Below the pieces are notes generated by a model. It did not search any database. It saw only the letters and a list, made by a program, of their open reading frames with translations, and was not told where the DNA came from. The position numbers and the translations under genes were made by a program. Positions 24,830 to 37,983 of a stretch of 64,000 nucleotides of DNA are shown one piece after another. Each line of letters starts with the position of its first letter. Position 1 is the first letter of the stretch. Source of the stretch: Lama glama (lineage: Eukaryota); the NCBI GenBank assembly GCA_028534125.1, contig CM052817.1, positions 34,536,001 to 34,600,000 on the forward strand. The letters run 5' to 3'.

Positions 24830-25800
24830 GATGTAAAAGAATGAAGCTGGACTCTCATATCATATAGAAAAATTAAATCAAAATAGATCAAATACCTAAA
24901 CATAAGAAATAAAACTTTTAGAAAAAAAGGGGAAAAGCTTTATGACACTGGATTGGGCAATGATTTCTTAGATACGACACTAAAAAGCACAGGCAACAAA
25001 AGTGCATCAAAGGACACTACAGAGTGGAAAGGCACCATGGAATGGGAGAAAACATTTGTAAATCATTTATTAGGCAAAGAATTAATATCCAGTATATACA
25101 AAGACTCCTACCACTCAACAGCTAGGAGTTAAAAAAAAAAAACCCAATCCAATTAAAAAATGGGAAGGTCCTGCATAGACATTTCTGCAGAGAAGATACA
25201 TAAGCAGCCAATAAACACACAAGAAGATGTTTAATGTCACTAATAAATAGGGAAATGCAAATCAAAACCAAGAAATAACACTTCACATTCATCTAGATGG
25301 CTGTTATTAAAAAAAAGAAGGAAAAAAAAACCCAGAAAATAATCAGCATTGGCAAGGACATGGAGAAACTGGAACCCTTGTGCAGTGCTGGCGAGAATGT
25401 AAAATTAGCACAGCTACTATGAAAAAATAGCGTCTTAACAGTTCCTCACAAAATTAAATATAGAATTACCATATGATCCAGAAATTCCATTTCTGGGTGT
25501 ATTCTCAAAAGAATTAAAAGCAGGGATTCAGATATTTGTACAGCCATGTTCATAGCAGCATTTTCACAACAGCCAAAAGATGGATGCAACTTAAGTGTCC
25601 ATTAACGAATGAATGGATAAACAAAATGTGGTATATACATACAGTGGGGTATTATTCAGCCCTTAAGAGGAAATTCTGACACACGCTGTAACATAAATGA
25701 AACTTGAAGAAGTTATGCCAAATGAAATAAACCTGTCACATACAGACAAATACTGTAGGACTCCACTTACATGAGGTACCTATAGGAATCAAATTCATAC
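24830..25800 (+). mobile_element. Truncated L1 (ORF2 end + part of 3' UTR)
   Basis: aaaagaatgaagctggact..., gggaaatgcaaatcaaaacca, ccatatgatccagaaattccatttctggg. Confidence 0.9.
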
Positions 25801-25809
25801 ACTGATTCT

Positions 25810-27215
25810 ACCACATTTTCACAATCACTCTCTCACTTATGTCTTCTCTCCCCTCTTTACCCAACCTAAAATCATGGTTAACCATTACAACCACACTCTT
25901 GAGTATACCATCAACTCCCCTGTTTCTATCTCCCTTCACCACACTTCCATGGGAAAAATCTCAATGCTGGTTAACCCCAATTTTTTTTAACCTAGTCCAC
26001 ATCTGTTCCTGCACAGCTAACATGGCTGAAGAAACACAACATGGTGACTGTTCTTTCTTTATAGCCAAGAACCTCAATGAGACCTTAATCCTTCCTGCCA
26101 AACAGACTAAAATTTCTTTGTCCATTCACCTTCTTACTCTCGTAGAAAACTATTTAACACTCCTCCCTCTTCTCAAATCTCTGACTCTGCTTCACATTTC
26201 ACAGTAGAGTATTGCCACAGCTCCCACTATTACACCAGCCTTCCTACCAGCATATGTACTCACATGTTCCACCTTTCTTTATGTTACTACAGATCAAGGA
26301 TCACCACCCTTTTCTGTAAGGGTCAGAGGGTCAGTATTTTAGGCTTTGCAGGCCAACTGCTGTAGTACAAAAGCAGTCATATGCAACATATAAATGAGTG
26401 TGGCTGTGGAATTTGATGATACAGTTTTCATGTGTCACAAAACATTTTCTTTCGACTTTTTTCAATACTTAAAAATGCGTAAAAAAACATACTTGCAGCT
26501 TGTGGGTGTTACGAAACAAGGCAGATGGCCAGATTCGGCCTAAGGGCCAGAGTTTGCCAATCCCTTCTACAGCTGAATCATCTGCTCCTCTACCTTGCTA
26601 AGCCTAATCTGTCCACTTGTGGACTAGAGTCCATCTTCTCTCACCTACTCAAGAAAATTGCTCTAGCATTTCTCCTGCTTTCTCTGTCACCAATTTTTCT
26701 CCATCAGACCATTCTCATCAGTATACAAGCAGGCTATTATTTCTCCCACCTTAAAAAGCAAAATCACTCTAATTCCCCTTGTCCCAGAAAATTATCTTCT
26801 AAACCCACTCTAATCAGGCTTTCCCTCATATTACTATTCCTCCTGGTCTGTTCTTATGGATAAATGAATACATGTTGTTGGACTCTGCTCAATTCTCAGT
26901 GCTCATCTAATTTAACCTTGCAGGATCTGACAAAGCTGATTGTCCACTTCTCACTGACACATCTTCTTTTCTTGGCTTCTAGGACAACTGAATTTCCTAG
27001 TTTTATTCCTACCTCACTGGCTATTTCCCCTCAGTCTCCTGTGATTGGGTCTCCTTGTCCTCTTCATGTTGGAGTGCCCTGGTGCCTAGTCCTTGGTTAT
27101 CTTCTCTCTATACTCATTCTCTTGGTGATCAATTTAGATTCATGACTTTAAAACCATTCATACACTGAAGTTCTGAAAAATGTATCTCAAGTGTACTTCT
27201 TCCCTAAACTCCAGG
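25810..27215 (+). mobile_element. L2 LINE remnant interrupted by a DNA transposon
   Basis: C/T-rich L2-like sequence (cttggcttctaggacaact..., atgttggagtgccctgg..., catgactttaaaaccat). Confidence 0.7.
26295..26565. mobile_element. MER58-like hAT-Charlie element
   Basis: ttttctgtaagggtcaga...tattttaggctttgcaggcc start and ggccagattcggcc...gagtttgccaatccct end; similar flanks actacaga/tctacagc. Confidence 0.75.
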
Positions 27216-27591
27216 AAGACTATGGTGGTAACAGTAAACGTGGTGAGAAAGTAGACATAGTTGGAGTATATTTGGGAAGTAGGGCTAGATGAATTTCCTA
27301 GCACTGGACACCGGTATGAGGGAAAAAGAGAAAGTAAGGAGGAACAACGTCTATACATATGACCTTGGTTTCTATAATGACCCTTATTTCAAGGAATCCT
27401 AGATTTAAGCACTTTTCTCAGAAAATTTCTTTTTACTAAAACATACTGGGATCTTCTTCCTCTAAGCAGACAAGGCCTCTTTGGAAAAAGCCTTTCATGT
27501 GGGCCCATGAGAGCAGAGAACTTGTTTGTGTTATTCACTGCTGTATTCTCAGCATCTAGAGCCATATCCAGCACTTCCTGGAAAGGCACTT

Positions 27592-28677
27592 TTTAACTAA
27601 AGTATCGCTGATGTACAGTATTGTTAGTTTCAGGTGTACAATATAGTGATTCAACATTTAAATACATTACAAAGTGATTACCATTAAGTCTAGTAATCAT
27701 CTGTCCCCATACAAAGTTATTACAGCATAACTGACCATACTCCTTATGCTACATATTACATCCCTGTGACTCATTTACTTTATAACTCGAAGTCTTAATC
27801 CCTTTACCTATTCTGTCCCACCCTACAACCCCCTCCCTCTGGCAACTACCAGTCTGTTCTCTGTACCTGTGAGTCTGTTTTGTTTTGTTTGTTCGTTTTT
27901 TTAATTCCACAGGTAAGTGAGATAATTTATCTTTCTCTGATTTACTTCACTTAGCATAATGCCCTCAAGACCCATGCATGTTGTTGCAAATAGCAAGATT
28001 TCATTCTTTTTTAATGGCTGAGTAGTATTTCATTGTGTGTATGTATATACATACACACACATACACACCACATCTTTATCCATTCATCTACTGATGGACA
28101 CTTAGGTTGCTTCTATACCTTGGTCATAATCCTGCAATGAATACAGGGTTGCATAAATCTTTTTGACTTAGTGTTTTTGTTTTCTTCAGGTAAATATATA
28201 GAAGTAGAATTTATAGACTGTGCTATTTTTAATTTTTGAAGAACCTCCATATTGTTTTTCATAGTGACTGTACCAACTTACAATTCCATCAACAGTGCAT
28301 AAGGGTTCCCTTTTCTCCACATCTTTACCAACATTTGTTATCTGTTGTCTTTTTGAAAACAGCCATTCTGACAGGTATCAGGTGATTCCTTGCTGTGGTT
28401 TTGATTTGTATTTCCCTGATGATTAGATGATCAGAGAGATGATGAGTATATTTTCATGTGTCTGCTGGCCATCCATATGCCTTCTTTGGGAAAATGTCTA
28501 TTCAGGTCCTCTGCCCATTTTTTCATCAGATTGTTCAGTTTTTTGTTATTGAGTAGTATGAATCCTTTACATATTTTGGATATATTAACCCCTTACTGGA
28601 TATATCACTTGCAAGTATCTTCTCCTATTCAGTAGGGGTTCCTTTCCATTTTGTTGATAGTTTCGCTCACTGTGCAT
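27592..28677 (-). mobile_element. 5'-truncated L1 nested in an L2 3' end
   Basis: aatggctgagtagtatttcattgt, gttttgatttgtatttccctgatgatt; degenerate TSD ggaaaggcactt / gggaggtactt; the L2 tail (ttgaatgactgaatga) resumes after it. Confidence 0.9.
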
Positions 28678-28819
28678 GGGAGGTACTTAATAAGGTTCGT
28701 TGAATGACTGAATGATATCCCCCCATACTGTCCCCTAGTATGCTGCCTATTTTATTTCACTTTTTATATAGATTCTTGATTCTTTCCTTCCACTTATTTT
28801 TCGACAGATCAAAAATACC

Positions 28820-29384
28820 TGTTATAGGCACTTTCTGGTTCATAATCATTCCTACCTCTGAGTATTCACAACCTTGTATAATCCCTCCCCTTTAGTATAG
28901 TAATGGGGATTGGATTAAGGGTCTACCCTACACTAGTGATTTGCTTCTAATGAACAGAGTAGACAAAAGTGATAAGACATCACCTCTCTGATTAGGTTAC
29001 CAAAGACTGACTTGCTGGATTTTTCTCTCCCTAGATTTTCTTGCATACTTGCTCTGATGGAAAGATCCACCTGGAAAGGAACTGAGGATTGTACCTGGCT
29101 GTCAGCCAGCAAGGAACCAAGGCCCTCAGTCTAACTGCCAGTGAGAAACTCAATCATTCCAACAACCATTAAGTAAGCTAAGAAACAGATTCAGCCCTAG
29201 TTGAGCCTTGAGGTGACTGTGGCCCCTACTGACACCTCGATTGCAGCCTCATGACCAGTTTTGAACCAGAGGGCCCAGTTAAACTGTGTCTGGATTCTTG
29301 ACTCACAGAAACTATGAGATAATAAATGTATGTTATTTAATTTAATCATTAAGTTTTGTTACACAGCAAAAGGTAACTAATACA
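28820..29384 (+). mobile_element. MaLR solo LTR (MLT1E-like)
   Basis: TG...CA termini; cagccagcaaggaaccaaggccctcagtc; cacagaaactatgagataataaatgt; ttgttacacagcaa...aactaataca. Confidence 0.85.
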
Positions 29385-29838
29385 CTACACTTCTACCTAA
29401 TATAATGATAAGAGAAACCAAAGTTCAAAATCTGACTATAACTTCCCAACCATGAGTCTTCACGTTCTGTTTTAATATTTTCAAAGTAGAGATATTACCT
29501 ACCCAGATAAGGATGTCTGAGGAATAAATGACATTTCATAATTCATATAAAAACCTAGGCAGAGACTAGCACATTGTAATAACTGTTAATTTAAATCTGA
29601 GATCGTATATGTCTCTCATATAATTAGCACTAAATAGCAGGCCTTTCAAATCTTTTTTAGAAGCAGATGAAGTTTTAAAAAATTAAATTTAATATAAAAA
29701 ACAGTAAACTATAATTACAGCACTGTCACAAGTGAGGAAAGGAAATATTTGAAAAATAATTTTCCCGTAAATTATTGAGTCTTGTCTTTCATTGTGAAGA
29801 AATAAAATAATTAAAAAAAAAAACTGTAAGATACATAC

Positions 29839-29914
29839 TTTATCAGCAGCTGTCTCTGGAAGAGACTCTTCAATGCCAAGTTCTCGTCGTCTTTCAGCCC
29901 TAACTTCTGCGTAA
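29839..29914 (-). CDS. CLOCK: CLOCK coding exon 12
   Basis: [25 protein letters not shown]; donor gtatgt. Confidence 0.97.
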
Positions 29915-30465
29915 CTACAAATGGGGGAAAAAAAAGAATTTCAGTGTTTGATCATTCATTTAAAATACTGCAGAGGTGCAACCATTCAGTGTTTGTTATG
30001 TGTCTTGTTCATCATGAATTCTAGGCCATTTTCTATGTACCACAGAAACATAAAACATAGCTACAGCATATTACCTTAATTAAAATTTCTCCATTTTCCT
30101 ACATACGTCAAAAGTTTATGTGCTACTGCAAATGATCTGTAACTACACAGAACTTAAATTACAAGGAAATGAATAAATAAATAGGAAGTATACTTTATCT
30201 CCTCCAGTTCTCCTTTTACATAACTGACTAATATATAAAAGACAGTTACAACTACTGCTCTAAGTCATAAAATTTATGTGAAGAATTATAAACCTCTATA
30301 TACTTATATTTCTATATAATACTTACAAGTAAATTTAATAATAAATTGAAAATATGTATCAAAAATGAGGGGGAATTAACAAATTAACAAATCATACATA
30401 AAATTACTTTCTAGAATCATTATGGATGTTTCTATAATGCAGAAATTCTGTAAAAGAATTCTTAC

Positions 30466-30613
30466 CTTACTACAGTGTGAGTACAAACAATAAACTCTGG
30501 CCTTGAATTCCACTGATGGTAAGTGATATAATAGTGAGTCTGAAGCCAAATCCACTGTTGTCCTTTGGTCAGGAACCTGTAATAACATGACTTGCCTTTC
30601 CCGTATTGCATTA
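30466..30613 (-). CDS. CLOCK: CLOCK coding exon 11 (PAS-B/PAC)
   Basis: [48 protein letters not shown]; donor gtaaga. Confidence 0.98.
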
Positions 30614-30896
30614 CTGAAAAGAAAAAAATATTTTTGATTCACATTATTAGCTATGAATCTGTTTTTTAGCCAAAGGTATCATTCACATTCAAATCTATAT
30701 ATATAATTCTGTGAACTCTTACTTAGTCTTCCTTGACCATGAAATCCATTTTTGATAGACTGGCATTCAGTGGAACAAACCTTAGGAAATGCTGGTCAAG
30801 AATCATTCTCTCACTTACATTAATGAGGAAACCAAGGTCTAATACTTGAAACTGCTAGTCCAAAATTGCCGAGCTAGTTAATGGAAGTGTCAGATC

Positions 30897-31155
30897 CTGG
30901 GGGAGGGGGGTGGGAAGGAATAGACTGGGATTTCAATATTTGTAGATACTGATAGGCAATGTAGAATAGATAAACAAGATTATACTGTATAGGACAGGGA
31001 AATATATACAAGATCTTGTGGTAGCTCACAGTGGAAAAAAATGTGACAATGAATATATGTATGTTCATGTATAACTGAAAAATTGTGCTCTACAATGGAA
31101 TTTGACAGAACATTGTAGAATGACTATACCTCAATTAAAAAATGTTTAAAAAAAA
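30897..31155 (+). mobile_element. Short young L1 3' end with A-tail and TSD
   Basis: G-rich tract, then L1 3' UTR similar to 42850-43090; TSD tgtcagatc at 30888-30896 and 31156-31164. Confidence 0.88.
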
Positions 31156-31434
31156 TGTCAGATCTTTTTAATACACCATGGAGCTTAGTGCCCACATCAC
31201 TTGGAGTGAATGATGTTTCTTCTGTGAAGTGACTTTACTCTAAAAATGTTCTATATAGTTGATATTATATAATATGATTTATTTTCATAGACAGAGGTTT
31301 ATGAGACCAGCCTAAGGCATTATAAATGTATATTAAATATGTAATTAAGCTTTAGAGGACACCTAAGAGGGAAAGATTTGTGGAGGAGGATCAGAGAAGC
31401 AAGTAAAACCTATTATTAAAACAAACTTCTGAAT

Positions 31435-31630
31435 AGCATGTGGTATAGCGGTGGGTCTAAACTCTAGCCCTATCTCTGCCACCAATGAGATATAGGATTG
31501 TAAGTAAATTAGCTAACCTTACTGTGTCTCAGTTTACTTGTGGAGATAATAATGATTACCTACTTTCTACAACTGTGGCAATGAATAATTTAGACAATGT
31601 ACATAAATTGTTCAGAACAGGGCAAAATGA
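31435..31630 (+). mobile_element. MIR SINE remnant
   Basis: gcatgtggtatagcgg...ctctgccacc...taaccttactgtgtctcagttt. Confidence 0.6.
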
Positions 31631-32096
31631 GATGACACCATTCTTATCGCTAATATAGTAACAGCAGTAACATTAATGAAGCACTATAAGCTTTCTAAAA
31701 GAGATTCTTTGAATGTGTACCTATCTCCTGGGCAGCCTTACATGCCTAAAAATCAAAATTTATGAAATACTGTTCTAATATTTTGACATACAGTTTTCAA
31801 AGGAATCTACTCTTATTCCAGATGTAGAGCTCATATAACTCAAAACAAGGTGTAAAAGATACAGTATTATAAAAATGTACATACTACTATAGACTGAAAT
31901 ATGTAAAACAGGAAGAAGTTTAAACTTGATTGAGGATTCCTACTGGAATTGGTTATATATATAAAGTAAAATTCTCCAGGATATTTCAAAAATACAAAAA
32001 TGGTGATAAGTCTGTATTTTACCACCTTCTATTAACATGATAGTTATTTATACAATTAAAAAGTTATTATCACCAGAAATATTAAAATCTACTTAC

Positions 32097-32203
32097 AGTG
32101 CTCGTGACATTTTGCCAAATTTTCTAGGTCATCTACATGATAGTAATCGTAGCCTGATGTTCCCAGAACTTCAAATGGCAAATATCCTATTATAGGTGGT
32201 GCC
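32097..32203 (-). CDS. CLOCK: CLOCK coding exon 10 (PAS-B)
   Basis: [35 protein letters not shown]; donor gtaagt. Confidence 0.98.
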
Positions 32204-32408
32204 CTAAATTACACATAAAACAATCAATATTATGATTTTTTCCATAATAAAAAATACTCAACCAGGAATCAACTTTGGGAGGAACCCTTATACTTTGAAA
32301 AATGGACAATAAATCTGAACATCTTGATTAGAAAAAGTTTGTCCTTGAAATCCATTAATTTCAAAAAGTATAATATATAATTTTTTTAGAATTTTTAAAT
32401 GGAGTTAC

Positions 32409-32491
32409 CTGTGATCTAGAAATAGAAACTTCCATTCTAAACTATGTCTAGATGTAAACTCTTCATTAGGTTCTTCAACAGTGCACATTTC
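32409..32491 (-). CDS. CLOCK: CLOCK coding exon 9 (PAS-B)
   Basis: EMCTVEEPNEEFTSRHSLEWKFLFLDH; donor gtaact. Confidence 0.98.
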
Positions 32492-32958
32492 CTACAAGTA
32501 AATTAAAAATTAAAATTTAGAAATGTTTTTCTGTGTCAGTAGAAGAATCCCAAATATTGTTAGCTGTTAAAGTCATTATTAGCTAACTTTTTCCTAAACA
32601 TGTTTTTAACACATTTTTATTTTCTAGTACTAAGGAATGTGGCAATAAATACATGCAGGCTTCTAGGGGAGTACTTTTCACTCTGCATACTTCTATATTC
32701 ACTCACATGCTCATAACCCTAATTCTGAATGTAGAGGTTTCTCCTGACACAGTTCTCTATTTCTGTCGGGATGTTCCTGCACATCACAAACTCCATGTGT
32801 CCTAAAATGAACTAACTGCCTTACTATCATACCCACTTATACAATGTTCCATCTCATCAGTGTAGGCATACCTGTGCTGTGCCATTAGTCTAGACATCTG
32901 ATAGTCAGACACACTCATTTTCACCTTTCACCATCTGAATGATCACTACTAAATCCTT

Positions 32959-33000
32959 TCAGATGAGAGCGGGCATGTTCATGGTGGTATGGCCATAGAC
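32959..33000 (-). pseudogene. 5S rRNA 5' fragment (nt 1-42), tailless retropseudogene
   Basis: Minus strand gtctatggccataccaccatgaacatgcccgctctcatctga vs 5S GTCTACGGCCATACCACCCTGAACGCGCCCGATCTCGTCTGA; TSD taaatcctttca at 32950-32961 and 33001-33012. Confidence 0.92.
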
Positions 33001-33439
33001 TAAATCCTTTCAATTTCACCTTCTAAGTTTTTTAAAAAATCTATTCCATCCCATCCATCTTCAGGCTCTTAGTTTAGACTCTAAACTGTTGCCATCACTG
33101 GCTCACATTATTGCCAGAGTGTCTCCTAAATAAGTCTCCCTGTCTTTCAAGTCATCTTCTAGTCTGGCCACAATCACCTTACAAAATACTCAAATATAAT
33201 TATATAACTTCCCTGCTTAAAAACCTTAATGGTTCCTCATTCGCTTAGGATAAAATCTAAACTCTTCAGTGAGGATAAACAAACAACAAAGAAAGAAATA
33301 CATTTCATTCCTGGCCTCGGCTTACTTTTCTAACCTCATCTCATACCATCCCTATTCCCCTCTACATGCAGTAACCCTAGACTTCAGCCATACTCAACAG
33401 TGTATTCCAACCTGCCTCTATGTCCTTGAAAGACCTTTT

Positions 33440-33670
33440 GTAGCACAATGTAGTCATTAAGAGCTTGGGTTTTGAGAGAAAAAGAATTACAATCAATCTT
33501 AGTCCTACTACTTAATAGCTGTGACTTTGGGTAAGGAACTTAACTTCCTTAAGCCTCAGTTTCCTTATATGTATAATGGTGATCATACTAGCATCTCTAA
33601 GAATTACCTGAGATAATGCATGTAAAGTATACAGCATGTGGTAAGCACTCAATAAATATGTTAGCCACTG
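33440..33670 (+). mobile_element. MIR SINE remnant (inside an older L2 region ~32650-33430)
   Basis: tagctgtgactttgggtaagg...cttaagcctcagtttcctt...gagataatgcatgtaaagt...taagcactcaataaat. Confidence 0.8.
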
Positions 33671-34310
33671 CCATCATTTCCTAAGATCAAAACAAGCAGA
33701 ATGAGATTGGTCTAAGATCTTCTCACTGCTAGTTTAGTACTTAGTCCATAATATTGTATCTCCCTTAATTTAAAATCTTATCCTGGCTTATTTCCAGCCA
33801 CTTTCCAGTGACTGAAGTTGTTCATTTTCCCACTTCCCTACTAATCATCTGCTTCCTGGTCCTATGATACAGAAATAAATTATTAACTGGATTTTAAAAT
33901 TGAAAAGGTAAATTCAAATGCAGTAAAAAGTCATTTGTGTATTTCAAAAGAAAATTTCATAGCCAAGCTTTAAAATTACCTAGATTTTTGGCCTTTCCCC
34001 TTTAATGTAGTTGTAAATTATACAAAAAAAGCATCCTAAAATTCTGCATAAAAACAGGACAAGTGGTATATAACCAGTGATTAACTCTAAAGGGTATAAA
34101 TTTTAAAATTACTTATGTAATTTAATGAGTGCCTTGATAACTCATTATTCCCTTCAATAATATCATGATCATATATATTTAATGACTCATGGCCATTACT
34201 ACGTCAATGTCTGCAGGAAGTTTCAGTTATTCTGGAAACAAAAAATTACATACAGATAACTTCCATAATATAAAGTGAAATCCCCTTTGGGAATAAATTT
34301 AGGAACATAC

Positions 34311-34429
34311 CTTGATGAACTGAGGTGTAGCTAATCTGACAGTAGCTACAAAACAAACTCTGTCTTCATAAGAAGGCCTATGTGTGCGTTGTATCGTTCC
34401 TTCAAAACCATTGTGTGCTGAAGTGGATA
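34311..34429 (-). CDS. CLOCK: CLOCK coding exon 8
   Basis: [39 protein letters not shown]; donor gtatgt. Confidence 0.98.
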
Positions 34430-34553
34430 CTAAAACAATAGACAAATACGTATCATCAGTTACTTCAGAAAAATCTAGTTTTTACTGACATTCAAACATC
34501 TATGTCTTTAAAAACTTAAAAGAATACCCAGTTACAGAAGTATTTTAACTCAC

Positions 34554-34667
34554 CACTGTTTAAAGATTTGAAATTTCCTATAAATTTCACATACTCATAA
34601 GTAGACGGCTCCTTGGGGTCTATTGTTCCTCGAAGCATATGACAACAAAATTCTAACTGATTTTTTG
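34554..34667 (-). CDS. CLOCK: CLOCK coding exon 7
   Basis: [37 protein letters not shown]; donor gtgagt. Confidence 0.98.
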
Positions 34668-37022
34668 CTGAAATAGAGGGAAAATATGACATATTTATGA
34701 TTTATCACAATGAATGATGCATCACATGAAATAAGATTATAACAGCTGTATAAATTTATAATCATTTTTTTCTTCAACAGAGGTCCTCAATGACAGTTAG
34801 TCCATAAAAGCAGTGTCCCTTTAGGGAGATGATCTCACCTTGTCCATAACAAAGAAAACAGATTTTCTGATATAAATAACTCCATGTTTCCCCATTTTTA
34901 CCTGTCCTTCCTTCTCATTCTTCACTGTAATTTCAAAGAAAGGTTTGTGTCCTATTCTAAAGCTAATACTTCTATCTCTACAAGTCTTTTTTATCTTCTT
35001 TTTCTAGGACCAGGGTCACACCACTTTTTTTCATTCCTTTAGCATCCAGACGCACTCTTCTTTGGGTCCTTACTTTCTACTTTTAAATTTGTTCAGGTCT
35101 TTCCAACTCAAACATATAAAGGGTTGTTCATGCTACTCTCTTTAGTAACACAGATCCACCTTTTTCATTATGTGCTCTAATTTCCAGGTATGCATTTCCC
35201 TTAACTTTATGCACTGTGGCTTTCACCCTCACACCTCTGTAGAAGTTGCTCTTCTAAAAATCAGTAACATCTGTGTTGTTAACTTCAATGGTGTTTCCTC
35301 ATTGTTTCTACCTCTTCTTAAAATTCACACATCATAGTATGAAACTTACCCTCCTATTTATTGACTATTTCTCTCTCTTTTGCTTAAGTCTTCAAACCAT
35401 GGGCATTCAAAAAAGTCATCTATTATCTATAACAGATTATCTATTATCCTTTACAAATCTATCAGCATTGATAAACTTATTTACCCCTAAATCTGTCTCC
35501 CCACTTCTAACATTTCTAACATGTTATATAACACCAAGCCTCGTATCACTACATGATTTCAGGATATTTTGACTAGATTGTCCCATCAGTAACTTAAACT
35601 CAAAATACTTAAGAGTGAATTTATCCCTCTTCCTTCCTAAGCCAGCTGTCCTTTCCCTTTGTCCTATGTGTGCTTATCACCTTAGTTAGAAACCATATCA
35701 ATTTGGTCTCTTCTTTCCTATCACCAGCTCAGAAACTAATCTGTTACCAGTGCCTCCTATTTATTTCACCAAGGAAGCTCTAACGAGTTATTTTTTTCCC
35801 AACTGAGCATCCAGTACTGTCAATTTAGTACAGATGCAAACTACCCTGCATCTAGTATCTCCAAGAATGTATTCTCTATACCTCCACACTCATGCCATTC
35901 GTGTTCAACCTTGCCTACTACTCTTAAATTAACATTACTTTCATTATTATTTCAGCAGTCAAGGACCAGTAACACCTCTCTTCACTCACAGCATCAAACT
36001 CATACTCTTCTGTCATTACCAGGAATGGTTTTATCATCAAACTCAACAGGTTCAAACTCTACCTACCTTCTCCTAAAACCTTCTGCGCTGATGACCCCCA
36101 GCTGCTTGGACACCTGTGCCCTACACCAAGCTTCACTGAGTTTATCTACTCAACACTCATATATGTGCTTTCCTCTCCATTCTTACTTCTACTGCTATCC
36201 TTTTAATCTCCAGTCTGGTCGTTTTTAAAAATTTGCCACCTGAGAGATTTTCTTTTCAGACCACAAAATTACCCAAATCCCCTTCACTGGCTCCTCGTTA
36301 TGTAAAAAATAAAAACCAAAATGTTTACTGCAAAATATTAGGCCCTATTTCCTTCTCTAGACACAAATTACGCAATTGTACCACCTCACCTTCATTATGG
36401 GCCAAATGACCCATTTACAGAATCCTGAATTTTCCAAGCAATTTCCCCACTGTGTTAAATCATGTTTACTCCTTGGCATGAAACACCTTTTTATCTTGGG
36501 AAATAACTTTTTTTGTGTATCAGTTCTTTAAGCAGGAGGTCAGCTAGTCACTTAACTAAGGCTTTTCTCTATCAAAAAGTATTGTTGCCATCCTCACCTC
36601 TGATCCTGGGAACAGAAGCCTAAGGCCTGTCTTTCCGCCAGAGGCAGCTCTCCAGCCAGCGCTACCCTTGCGAAGGTCTCTAAAGCAGACTCCTTCTCTG
36701 CCGCCCATCTCTTGCCGTGTCCCAGGGTTCCACCTTTCTAATTCTTCTCTTCTTACTCTATATATTTATCTCAAGCAAGGTCATTCAAATCTTGAGTTCA
36801 AATACTATTTACAGGCATACAATTGGCCCCTACATCATTAAACCCAAGCCAAATCTTTCCCCTAGGTGAGACTAGCGTGGTCTTCCGGTCAGTGTCATCT
36901 GAACTTAATTTTTAAGCAATTATAAACTGGCTTCAGATGGATTCTCTTGGTCTCTAGTTCTTCTCAACTCCTTCTGACAGGCTGTCTATTCTGATCAAAG
37001 ATACACTTACATACTTAAATAT

Positions 37023-37052
37023 GTGTGCGTGTGTGTGTGTGTATGTATGTGT
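37023..37052. repeat. Imperfect (GT)n microsatellite
   Basis: gtgtgcgtgtgtgtgtgtgtatgtatgtgt. Confidence 0.85.
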
Positions 37053-37862
37053 ATCTCAATTCTTGAACAGTCAGTATGCTACAGAATTTAACGGTTCAAA
37101 ATACAAAGAACCTTTAAAATGATTAATGTCAATATTAACAAAAAAGTAAAAAATTTTAAATCATGGAAATGTGGTTAAAGAAGATATCTATTAACTAATG
37201 ACCAAATGTAGAGCTGTAATAATTTCAGATTCTACACAGGATAATTTATTCAAGAAAATGAGGTATTCTGATCAAATTAATTCAGTTAACAAATCTAGGG
37301 AAAAAGTCAGATTATATCATAATATTTTGTACTTCTTGAAGGCAGGGACTATTTTTCACTACTCTTGGCACTTTCATGATATAGCACAATTGCCTGGCAC
37401 ATTAGATACATCCAATAAATTACTGTTTAATTCTGTTTAATTTATAAAGCAAACAATTTCCCTTATTAAATAATTTTTTTAAATACAGAAGTTCTGTCCC
37501 ATAGTTTCAGCATTCAGTTGGTTAGTGATGGTGAAAATGAGAATGTTTAATTTTTTCTCATTACAGTAAGATTTTGTATAAAAATTAATATTACCAAGTT
37601 TCATTTTTCTGTAAAATATAGTTTTATGGCATATTATAATTAAAAAGATGAGATTTCAATGTATTCTGAAATAGAGTTTAGACTTTAAATATGGTCAAAA
37701 TTCCATTATATATATTAATATTTTTAAAAGATCAAATAGGGTATAAGGAATGATGCTAAGTGTTAATTTGGTTAAACATGCTTGTGTTTGTCACAAAATT
37801 ACAAAAGTAAAGGATAACACAACCAAATACACTTAACTCTCTGCTTAACAGCTACTACTTAC

Positions 37863-37983
37863 ATTTTAAATATTCAGGGGTTAATGAATCACTTTCCAGC
37901 AGATGGGTAGAGAGTATTTTATAAACCTCTGAATGTTCCCCCTCTGGGATAAAATTAAATATACTTTGATCCACAAGATCAGA
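37863..37983 (-). CDS. CLOCK: CLOCK coding exon 6 (PAS-A)
   Basis: [40 protein letters not shown]; donor gtaagt. Confidence 0.98.

Noticed and set aside
25839..27145. Run of 93-122 aa Leu/Ser-rich ORFs
   Set aside because: Translation of C/T-rich L2 remnants; no conserved domain visible.
30461..30470. Tandem GTAAG|GTAAG donor at coding exon 11
   Set aside because: The upstream GT has a poor exonic context and would cause a 5-nt frameshift; the downstream site is near consensus.
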